Source of the DNA: an uncultured Nitrososphaerota archaeon
GTDB taxonomy: Archaea > Korarchaeota > Korarchaeia > Korarchaeales > Korarchaeaceae
Length of the DNA: 24,564 bases
Direction: 5' to 3'
Assembly: GCA_964594835.1 (NCBI GenBank)
Contig: CAZQNA010000007.1
Location: 1-24,564 of the forward strand
The number at the start of each line of letters is the position of its first letter. The first letter of the stretch is position 1. The notes under the pieces were generated by a model, which did no database searches, was not told where the DNA came from, and saw nothing but the letters and a program-made list of their open reading frames with translations. The translations under genes and the position numbers were made by a program. Of the stretch, positions 1 through 6,589 are shown in pieces.

Positions 1-2
1 AC

Positions 3-413
3 AAAGAGAAAGAGACTCATAGGGAGTTAAGACAGACTGCGGCCCACGCGCTCATTGATATGGGGTTCCCCCTGATCGTCACGGAGTGGCCAATCTTACT
101 CAAGTTCGTGAGAACGAGGGTGGGGTATGGCCTATGGACCCACGCCACAATAGCTGATGTGGTGGGGATCTCCCCGCGGCTGCTAGGAACTACGGACTAC
201 AATTACACAGTAGAAATGGCTTGGGTCGAATGTAAGGTAACTGGAAATGGTATCGCAAAGAAAGCAAAATGGCTGGAAGAAATTAAAGGTGAGATAGAGC
301 CCTTAGAATCGCCTATTCTCCTTAGACTCATGGAGATCAGGAAAGACCGCATCTTGAGGGAGGTGAAGACGCTTTCTTTCAAATGGAGTCACGGGAGCCA
401 ACTCGTTGTGTAA
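3..413 (+). CDS. PD-(D/E)XK nuclease-fold protein, 5'-partial
   Basis: Frame is open from position 3 (KEKETHRELRQTAAHALIDMGFP...); ADVVG...AWVECK resembles the D...ExK catalytic motif; lower GC than flanks. Confidence 0.55.
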   Translation, partial: KEKETHRELRQTAAHALIDMGFPLIVTEWPILLKFVRTRVGYGLWTHATIADVVGISPRLLGTTDYNYTVEMAWVECKVTGNGIAKKAKWLEEIKGEIEPLESPILLRLMEIRKDRILREVKTLSFKWSHGSQLVV

Positions 414-432
414 GTGTAACATGTTACACTTA
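411..432. repeat. Perfect 22-bp palindrome TAAGTGTAACATGTTACACTTA
   Basis: Read directly; self-reverse-complementary; overlaps the TAA stop of the upstream ORF. Confidence 0.95.
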
Positions 433-460
433 TGTGTAAAAGTTGCGGGGGTTCGAGCCT

Positions 461-514
461 GGTGGATTCCGTTCCACCCGCCTTTATTAAGCCCGGGTGG
501 AGTCCGTGCCACCC
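461..514. repeat. Two 19-bp near-identical hairpin-forming repeats (GGTGGATTCCGTTCCACCC 461-479; GGTGGAGTCCGTGCCACCC 496-514)
   Basis: 17/19 identity; each has a GGTGG...CCACC dyad; separated by an AT-rich CTTTATTAAG segment. Confidence 0.85.
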
Positions 515-579
515 TACGGAGTTCCTCCTTCATTGGTTCAAAAAGAATGCTTGACTCACAAGCGATTTTCTTTCACATG

Positions 580-588
580 CTTATATCC
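580..588 (+). promoter_or_regulatory. Putative TATA box (CTTATATCC) for the antitoxin-like gene
   Basis: TTATAT about 28-33 nt upstream of ATG 614, the spacing expected for a leaderless archaeal transcript. Confidence 0.55.
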
Positions 589-613
589 TTGGGTCGTGAG
601 AGTGCGCTCAGAC

Positions 614-832
614 ATGCCAGCCGAGGCGAGGCCCAACATCAAGGTGAGCTACAAGGGGAGCCTCGAGGAGGACGAGTTGACCCCGGAGGAGGTTGAGTCC
701 CTCAAGGAGGCAATAATGGACGTCCTCATGGGTAGGACGATGAGCTTCAACGAACTCCTAGACGAGCTGGTGAGGGAGGGGAAGCTCACCGAGGAAGAGG
801 CGGAGGAGCTCAGGGAGCCCGAACAGGACTGA
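614..832 (+). CDS. Small acidic antitoxin-like protein (72 aa; likely start ATG 614 rather than 497)
   Basis: EDELTPEEVESLKEAIMDVLMGRTMSFNELLDEL resembles the acidic C-termini of archaeal RelB-type antitoxins; adjacent to a RelE; TATA upstream. Confidence 0.6.
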   Translation: MPAEARPNIKVSYKGSLEEDELTPEEVESLKEAIMDVLMGRTMSFNELLDELVREGKLTEEEAEELREPEQD

Positions 833-1147
833 GGGGATCTTGAACCTCATTCCTCTGAATCCCCTCCTTCTGTGCCAGACGTCCAGAAGGTAGACGACCT
901 TCTCCTCCTGACTGATCGCGTAGAAGACCCTGTAGGCCCTCTTGGGGCCGACCTTCAGCTCCCAAATTTGGGCCTCAACCCTGCCCACGGGAGTATCCAC
1001 GGGAAAGGAACCCTTCAGCCTCTTCCCAGTCGTGGGGTCTCGCTCCAGTCCAGACTCCCTTATGTCCCTCAAAATCTCCCTGACCACTGGCGGGTCAAGC
1101 TTGCTGAGTCGCTTGCTGAACTTCGACGTGGGGACGAGCCTCCACAT
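758..1147 (-). CDS. relE: RelE/ParE-family toxin
   Basis: WRLVPTSKFSKRLSKLD...GKRLKG...WELKVG...YRVFYAI...VYLLDVWHRR matches the RelE fold pattern. Confidence 0.85.
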   Translation of the reverse strand: MWRLVPTSKFSKRLSKLDPPVVREILRDIRESGLERDPTTGKRLKGSFPVDTPVGRVEAQIWELKVGPKRAYRVFYAISQEEKVVYLLDVWHRRRGFRGMRFKIPSVLFGLPELLRLFLGELPLPHQLV

Positions 1148-1177
1148 CTCGGGCGCGCTCCTCTAGCTCGTCTCCCC

Positions 1178-1186
1178 CTTTTAAAT
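1178..1186 (-). promoter_or_regulatory. Putative TATA box (ATTTAAAAA on the minus strand) for relE
   Basis: About 31 nt upstream of ATG 1147 in otherwise GC-rich DNA. Confidence 0.55.
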
Positions 1187-1228
1187 GGAGGCGTGCCCTT
1201 TTCCACTCTGGAGCCCCCAAAGCCGTGC

Positions 1229-1250
1229 CGTTACGCGTAACGTAACGCTC
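1229..1250. repeat. 14-bp palindrome CGTTACGCGTAACG followed by another GTAACGCTC
   Basis: Read directly at 1229-1242; shares the GTAACG core with the element-wide motif. Confidence 0.8.
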
Positions 1251-1329
1251 GGGTCAGGGAGTCCGCCAGCCTGCCGACATCGACCAAGGCGAGCGTCACC
1301 AATCTGGTCCCAGGCCCATCTCAACGGGC

Positions 1330-1761
1330 TCACGAGATCAGCCCCGACCTCTTGAGCCACCTCTTGAGGTTTGAGACGGTCAGCCTGCCCAGCCTGCCGT
1401 CCCTGCCGGGCTTCGTCCAGATCCAGGCCCTGGCCCTGGAGGACAGGAGGGACTCGGGGCTGTGAGGGTAGCCCAAGACCCCGACCACCACGAAGGGCTC
1501 GGGGTGCTCCCTCCTGAATGCCTCGTTTACCCTCCTGATCAGCCGGTCGAAGGTCTTGGAACCCTTGACCTCGATGAAGGCCCTCCTGCCGTCGTGGATC
1601 AGCTCGATGTCGTAGGGGGCGTGGTCTGACTGCGTTACCACCCTGACGTCCGGCAGGTTGAGCCAGGCAAGCATGACCTCCAGGGCCTCAGTAACTGCCC
1701 GCTCGAGCCTGAGGCCCATTCTCCTGTTGTAGCCGCCTAGGGCTGACCCGCGAGAGGTCAC
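1330..1761 (-). CDS. PD-(D/E)XK endonuclease, Hjc/restriction-endonuclease-like
   Basis: NRRMGLRLERAV (Hjc-like N-terminal G..xE motif) and PYDIEL...FIEVKG catalytic motif. Confidence 0.75.
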   Translation of the reverse strand: MTSRGSALGGYNRRMGLRLERAVTEALEVMLAWLNLPDVRVVTQSDHAPYDIELIHDGRRAFIEVKGSKTFDRLIRRVNEAFRREHPEPFVVVGVLGYPHSPESLLSSRARAWIWTKPGRDGRLGRLTVSNLKRWLKRSGLIS

Positions 1762-1767
1762 TATCGG

Positions 1768-1962
1768 CTACCTCCCAAAGCGAGGAACTCCCGATGTGTC
1801 AAAATCTTCAACGGCACCGGGGGAGGAGCGGGGCGGGCTGAGGTCGGAACTAACCGCATCTCTCGAGCGGTAGGCGGTAGCTGAGAATGCCCGCGGAAAA
1901 TTGGATGGCTGTGAGAGGAGATAGGCGGGAGAGAGAAAGTAGCGGGCGGGTATGCCCCTCAT
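1768..1962 (-). CDS. Possible small hypothetical protein (64 aa)
   Basis: ATG overlaps the ATPase stop (ATGA) and the ORF ends 6 nt before the nuclease start; no recognisable motif. Confidence 0.3.
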   Translation of the reverse strand: MRGIPARYFLSPAYLLSQPSNFPRAFSATAYRSRDAVSSDLSPPRSSPGAVEDFDTSGVPRFGR

Positions 1963-3590
1963 TTTCTGCCACCGGCTCCCTCCCACTTCCGCACCACCCT
2001 GTCGTAGCTGGAGCCATTGGCATTCACGTGGGCAAGGTAGCGCTGGACATCGAGAGAGCCCCACAGATTTCCCTCCGTGTCCCGCCAGAATCTAAAGCCC
2101 GCGGTCCTCAGGTGGAGCCTGTTCTTGGGTACCCTCAGCATCTCCTCGACCTTGCTCGGGGAGAGGTAGATCTGGGCCTGCCTCCCCCAGAGCTCTCTGG
2201 CCCAGGACGACACCTGAGAGATCGAGAAGTTGAAGGCCTCGTGCCCGTCTAACGGGGCCTTCAGCTTGAATATCTTGACGAAGAGGGCCATCTTGAGCGA
2301 TATCCTGTTCAGCACCATCGCCTCGGGCGGCGGAAGTTCGACCTCGAGGCGGTCCAGCTCGTCGACATCGGGCTCCCTCTGTAGAATCTGAGCCCTGGCC
2401 AGCCAGAACCTGTACCGCCTCCTGGCCTCCACGAATTCCTCTCTGAGTTCTCTCCTGGGGATCAGCTCAGCGTACATCCTGCTGAGCCTGGCGGCATCCT
2501 CGGGGCTCCTGGGTTCTGGCATCCTGAGGCTCATGGGGGGAGGCGATGTCACGAGTTCAGCGTGCCCATTCTTGGCAATGAAGATCCACTTGCCTGGGAC
2601 CATCTTCCTCATGGGGGCCACCGTGTGGATCACGGCCTCGGATATCGGGAAGTACTTGGCCAGCTCCTTCCTCTGCCTCTCCTCCTTCAGGTTCATGGGG
2701 TGCACGAAGACGGCCTGGGTGTTGTCCAGCAGGGTCTTGGGAACGCTCTGGACGTTCTGAACCTCGTAGAAGACTCGAGTCAGCGCGGTCCTCGTCTGCC
2801 TGAGCAGGGTGACGAAGTTCTCGATTCGCTCCCTGAGGTGCCACGTCGAGCCCATCGCCCCGACCCTGGGCGCGACTTCCCTCAGCTCGCGGAAGTGGAC
2901 TATGATCCTGGCGTCCTCTATGGCCTGGACGAGGTGACCCATGAGGTTGTCCAGGACCACGTTCAGGGCGAACCTGCCCAGGTCCCTGACGCTCGGCTTG
3001 AAGTAGGCGTTGCTCAGCACGGTGAACTCGTGCCTCTGAACCGTCCTGACGAGCTTATCAGGCTCCAGAGGGCTCTCGTCATCGAGGAAGCCCGAAGTTA
3101 GTAACGCAAGTAGCCTGGAGCTGACCCTCTCCCCCCGCTTCCTGAGCAGGGCCTCGATGATGTCGTCGAGCTTGGCGTCGGGGCCTCCAGCCTGGTAGTA
3201 GGCGTCGAAGAGATCCCTGGCCTCGGAGGGACTCAGGAACCCTCCCAGCGTCCTGAAGTGTCCGAAGCTCAGCATCCTGACGCTGAGAGGGGCCAGCCTG
3301 AACCTCGTGGGTATGGCCTCCATGGCCAGGGGGAAGTTGAAGGTCAGGTACTCCACGTCCCACCCTCGGGGCTCGAGACCCCTGGCCCTGAGGGTCCTGG
3401 CCTGCAACCCTCGAGCGGGCAGGTGGAGGGTCTCGTCCTCACCCTTGACGTCGATTATGAGGGGGTGCCAGCCCCTCAGGGCGAGGAGCTCCAGCACGAG
3501 CTGAGCCGTCCAGGTCTTGCTCGCTCCCCTTATGCCGATGAAGCCGATGCACGCTGTCTCCCTGGCCAGGATCTGCTCGAGGTAGCTCAT
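1959..3590 (-). CDS. Divergent HerA/FtsK/VirB4-superfamily P-loop ATPase
   Basis: GIRGASKT Walker A variant followed by IIDVKGE (HerA/TraD-like hhDxxGE); IVHFRELREVAP at the Walker B position; LRQTR...YEVQ at the Arg-finger/Q-motif positions. Confidence 0.7.
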   Translation of the reverse strand: MSYLEQILARETACIGFIGIRGASKTWTAQLVLELLALRGWHPLIIDVKGEDETLHLPARGLQARTLRARGLEPRGWDVEYLTFNFPLAMEAIPTRFRLAPLSVRMLSFGHFRTLGGFLSPSEARDLFDAYYQAGGPDAKLDDIIEALLRKRGERVSSRLLALLTSGFLDDESPLEPDKLVRTVQRHEFTVLSNAYFKPSVRDLGRFALNVVLDNLMGHLVQAIEDARIIVHFRELREVAPRVGAMGSTWHLRERIENFVTLLRQTRTALTRVFYEVQNVQSVPKTLLDNTQAVFVHPMNLKEERQRKELAKYFPISEAVIHTVAPMRKMVPGKWIFIAKNGHAELVTSPPPMSLRMPEPRSPEDAARLSRMYAELIPRRELREEFVEARRRYRFWLARAQILQREPDVDELDRLEVELPPPEAMVLNRISLKMALFVKIFKLKAPLDGHEAFNFSISQVSSWARELWGRQAQIYLSPSKVEEMLRVPKNRLHLRTAGFRFWRDTEGNLWGSLDVQRYLAHVNANGSSYDRVVRKWEGAGGRK

Positions 3591-4852
3591 CCCTCCCCGC
3601 CCTCAGATTCCTCCCCAACGCCGCCCTGTTCGAACGCTTCCATGATGTCCGTGCGCGTCAGAGACCTCGGGGGCTTCTTCTCGACGTTGGCCATGGCCTC
3701 GATGTAGACCTCAGGGTACCTCCTCATCAGCTCCGGGATCAGGACCTCAGCGGCCCTCGCCAGCGCCTGATAGGCCGCGCCGACATTGAGGTAAATCCCG
3801 TTTATGCCCAGCGTCCCCTTCGGGCTGGCCTGGGCTCCCTTCAGGATGAGGTAAGCCTCGTCCACGGTCCGTATGACTACATTCGACTCTGGGTCTCCCC
3901 TAAGTGTCCAAACCGCCAGCGGGGCCTTGGGCTCTATTCCGAGGGCCGCCAGCAGGGGGGCCAGCTCGAAGATGAAAATGGTCAGCTTGTGCTGTTCCGC
4001 GTGGTAGTTGAAGTACCGGGCCAGCACCGTGACGAGGGTCTTCCTCATGGCCTCGTTCAGCTCGATCCTGCCCCCGTAGGACCTGACCGCCTCACCGGGC
4101 TCGATCACCTTACCAGGTGGACCCATGACCAGGCCGACGTCCGTCGCTAGGATGCCGACGGTCTGCCCCTCGAGGTCGACGGTCAGGAGGCGGTCCGGGG
4201 CCTCCACTTCCGCGTAGTGAGCGGCCATCTCACCGGTTGGCCTAAGTTCAGTCCAATATTGGCTGACGTGGACGGACTCCTTCAGGTTCTCAGCGAGCCA
4301 CTTCCTGGCGTCTACCCTGTACTCGGTCCAGCCCCTGTTTCTCACTAGGTCCAGGATGATATCCCTGACCCTCGGGGGAACCTTCAGAACCTTTACCTTG
4401 CCATCTTCAACGTATTCGGGCACGATCGACTTCAGCTCCTCTATCTGAGCCTTCAGCTTGGAGTTCTCCTCCTCGCTGGACTTGAGTCTGCCCTTCAGCT
4501 CCTCTATCTCGCCCTTGAGTCTGCGGTTCTCCTCCTCGAGCTTCTTAGCCCCCTCCCGAGAGCGCCTCAACTCTCCCTCCCTCAACTCCAGCCTCTCGGT
4601 CAGCCTCCTCTTCTCGTCCATCAGATTCGTTACCTGCCTGGCGAGCCTCTCCCTCTCTTGGTCTTCCCTCGACTCCAGCGCCCTCTTCTCCGCCTTAAGC
4701 CTCAGGACCTCGTTGGTCAGCCTCTCGATCTCAGCCTTGAGTTCCCTGATTCTCTCCTCCCTCTGCTGGAGCTTCTCCCTCAGGGCCTCGATCTCCCGCC
4801 TGAGACGGGCGATCTCGATGTCTGCCCGAAAGAACTCCACCACCTTACTCAT
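3587..4852 (-). CDS. Protein with a long N-terminal coiled coil (~140 aa) and an unknown C-terminal domain
   Basis: E/K/R/L heptad pattern over residues ~10-145; start/stop overlaps with both neighbours. Confidence 0.75.
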   Translation of the reverse strand: MSKVVEFFRADIEIARLRREIEALREKLQQREERIRELKAEIERLTNEVLRLKAEKRALESREDQERERLARQVTNLMDEKRRLTERLELREGELRRSREGAKKLEEENRRLKGEIEELKGRLKSSEEENSKLKAQIEELKSIVPEYVEDGKVKVLKVPPRVRDIILDLVRNRGWTEYRVDARKWLAENLKESVHVSQYWTELRPTGEMAAHYAEVEAPDRLLTVDLEGQTVGILATDVGLVMGPPGKVIEPGEAVRSYGGRIELNEAMRKTLVTVLARYFNYHAEQHKLTIFIFELAPLLAALGIEPKAPLAVWTLRGDPESNVVIRTVDEAYLILKGAQASPKGTLGINGIYLNVGAAYQALARAAEVLIPELMRRYPEVYIEAMANVEKKPPRSLTRTDIMEAFEQGGVGEESEGGEG

Positions 4853-5564
4853 TCACTTCGGCCTCCCCGGGCGTTGGACGCCTCGTCATCTCGAGGCCAG
4901 GCCGCCCGGTCGCCTCCACCCGATCGTCGGGTGGCTTTTCGCAAACGAAGCTTGCGACCTCGTCAACCAGCCTCTCCTTGGTCTCCTCGATCGCGTGGGC
5001 GTAAACCTGCGTAATCTTGAGGCTGGAGTGCCTGGCAAGGTCCTGGACGTCCCTCGGGCTCCCTCCCCTGAGCAAGCTGAGGGTCACGAAGGTATGCCTG
5101 AGCGTGTGGCAGTGTCCGTCGGGCCTGCCTATCTGGGCCATCAGTCGCTTGACCCTGGCCTGAACCGCCCGCTTGGAAACGTGCTTGCCCGCCCTTCTGG
5201 GCGAGGGGAAGAGCCACTCGTGCCCCTCGCTTCTCTTGAGCTGTTTACGAAGGTCTCGGAGCAGGGGCTGGGGTATCGGGAGCCACGCCTCGACCCCACC
5301 CTTTCCCCTGACAAACAGCCTCTTGGCAGGCAGGTTCACCTCGTCCCTCCGAACCTTGACGGCCTCGTGGACCCTGAGACCCATGAAGAGCATGAGACCG
5401 TAGATCAGCCGCCAGGGGAGCGGTTCCTTACTAGCTAGAGACCAGAAGGCCCGGGCCTCAGACGGGCTCAGGAACCCCTTTGGCGACCACCCTCTTGAAA
5501 TTCGGGATCTTTTACCCCGAGAACTGCCACCCTGGCTAGAAACGACCCTTACCTTCTCGCCCAA
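4845..5564 (-). CDS. Short tyrosine recombinase (catalytic domain only)
   Basis: GLRVHE (R), GKGG (K), HTLRH (HxxR), ARHSS (H), TQVY (Y); only ~30 aa precede the catalytic domain. Confidence 0.9.
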   Translation of the reverse strand: MGEKVRVVSSQGGSSRGKRSRISRGWSPKGFLSPSEARAFWSLASKEPLPWRLIYGLMLFMGLRVHEAVKVRRDEVNLPAKRLFVRGKGGVEAWLPIPQPLLRDLRKQLKRSEGHEWLFPSPRRAGKHVSKRAVQARVKRLMAQIGRPDGHCHTLRHTFVTLSLLRGGSPRDVQDLARHSSLKITQVYAHAIEETKERLVDEVASFVCEKPPDDRVEATGRPGLEMTRRPTPGEAEVNE

Positions 5565-5968
5565 TAATCACCACCTCTTGAACCGATAATCGTAAAATCG
5601 AAAAAGGAAGGGAGAGATGGGAAGGCAGGCAATGCGCCCTTCGCCCCGAAGTGTGCACAGGCCTCGTCCTCCTCCTCGTCCTCGTCTTCAGGGTCCTCGG
5701 GTACTGGAGGCCCTCTGAACGGCAGCATGTCGGGGTGGTCCAGCGGGTCCTCGGGGTGCGTTACCAAGGCGCCTGGGTTGGTAACGCAGTCCTCCACCTC
5801 CCCGTCGTCGGGCTCCTCCCTGGGGTCGACCCCCTCGGGTACTAGCACCTGAGGCATAGGGGAGTAGTCCTCAGGGCTGTCAACCTCGAGGGGCAGCCAG
5901 CCCAGGGGCTCCTCGGGCTCACCATGCGTTACCAAGTCCAGGGTCGGGTTGGTAACGCTCTCCGTCAA
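5549..5968 (-). CDS. Acidic, Pro-rich hypothetical protein carrying DNA inverted repeats
   Basis: Start overlaps the upstream stop (TTGA); its VTNP..LVTH peptide repeats correspond to DNA inverted repeats. Confidence 0.5.
   Translation of the reverse strand: MTESVTNPTLDLVTHGEPEEPLGWLPLEVDSPEDYSPMPQVLVPEGVDPREEPDDGEVEDCVTNPGALVTHPEDPLDHPDMLPFRGPPVPEDPEDEDEEEDEACAHFGAKGALPAFPSLPSFFDFTIIGSRGGDYWARR
5757..5788. repeat. Inverted repeat TGCGTTACCAA-N10-TTGGTAACGCA
   Basis: Perfect 11-bp arms at 5757-5767 and 5778-5788. Confidence 0.95.
5926..5958. repeat. Inverted repeat GCGTTACCAA-N13-TTGGTAACGC
   Basis: Perfect 10-bp arms at 5926-5935 and 5949-5958, same arm sequence as 5757-5788. Confidence 0.95.
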
Positions 5969-6186
5969 CCCACCAGCACCTCCCTCAGGGCCAGCCTGAC
6001 GGCCTCCTCAACGCTCTGAGCCCTCAGCTTCAGGATCAGCTCGTAGCTCGAGCCCACCTCTGGCGTGAACCTGGCGTAGAATGCCCCATCTCGCGTGTAG
6101 AGCTTGAGCCTCCAGCCGTCGTGCCCCAGCACGGCCAGCCTCTTCGCTCCCCTCGGCAGCCTGTGGAGGTACACCACCTCAGTCAA
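5965..6186 (-). CDS. Small hypothetical protein (73 aa)
   Basis: Overlap-coupled with both neighbours; codon usage matches the element. Confidence 0.65.
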   Translation of the reverse strand: MTEVVYLHRLPRGAKRLAVLGHDGWRLKLYTRDGAFYARFTPEVGSSYELILKLRAQSVEEAVRLALREVLVG

Positions 6187-6589
6187 CAGTCATCACCTCC
6201 AGCCCGACCCTTTCCAGGGCCGGATGGCCCTCAGCCCTGAGCAGGGCCAGGACCTGCCTGCCCAGGGGAGTCAGACCGTTCCAAACGGCCTGCCTTCCGT
6301 TTGCGATCCCGATCCTCCGGCTGATCAGGCCCAGGGCGGCCAGTTCTAGGAGCCTCTGGTGGGTGTGGGTCCACGAGCCGACCCTCCTGATCACCTCCCT
6401 GGTCCAGAGGGCGCCGCCTCCCTCCTCGATCGTCGCGAGAATCCTGACTAGGCTGGGCCTGCGCCTCAGGGCCTCCAGGACTTCCGGCTCGATCCCGTCT
6501 CGGGAGGCCAGGGCCGGGTCGGGGGAGGTCCCTTCTTCAGAAAGAGGGGCGATCCCGACCCTGGCCTCTCCCGCGGGCTCAGCCATCAC
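6179..6589 (-). CDS. Winged-HTH DNA-binding protein (ArsR/MarR-like)
   Basis: RILATIEE...TREVIRRVG...RLLELAALGLISRR...LTPLGRQVL is a wHTH pattern. Confidence 0.7.
   Translation of the reverse strand: MMAEPAGEARVGIAPLSEEGTSPDPALASRDGIEPEVLEALRRRPSLVRILATIEEGGGALWTREVIRRVGSWTHTHQRLLELAALGLISRRIGIANGRQAVWNGLTPLGRQVLALLRAEGHPALERVGLEVMTVD

Noticed and set aside
445-460. GGGGTTCGAGCC resembling a tRNA T-arm (possible att remnant)
   Set aside because: No proper 5-bp T-stem closure, acceptor strand or CCA context; no cloverleaf.
497-613. N-terminal extension of the 111-aa ORF
   Set aside because: Runs through hairpin repeats and a TATA box; ATG 614 fits better.
3587-4852. SMC/Wadjet (JetC) assignment for the coiled-coil protein
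   Set aside because: No Walker A/B or signature motif, too short, and no kleisin/KITE or Toprim partners recognisable.
4458-5438. 326-aa Ser/Leu-rich ORF and the many other antisense or alternate-frame ORFs over int, xerA, rgy and pepQ
   Set aside because: Shadow ORFs expected in GC-rich DNA; they are antisense readings of E/K/R-rich genes with clear motifs.
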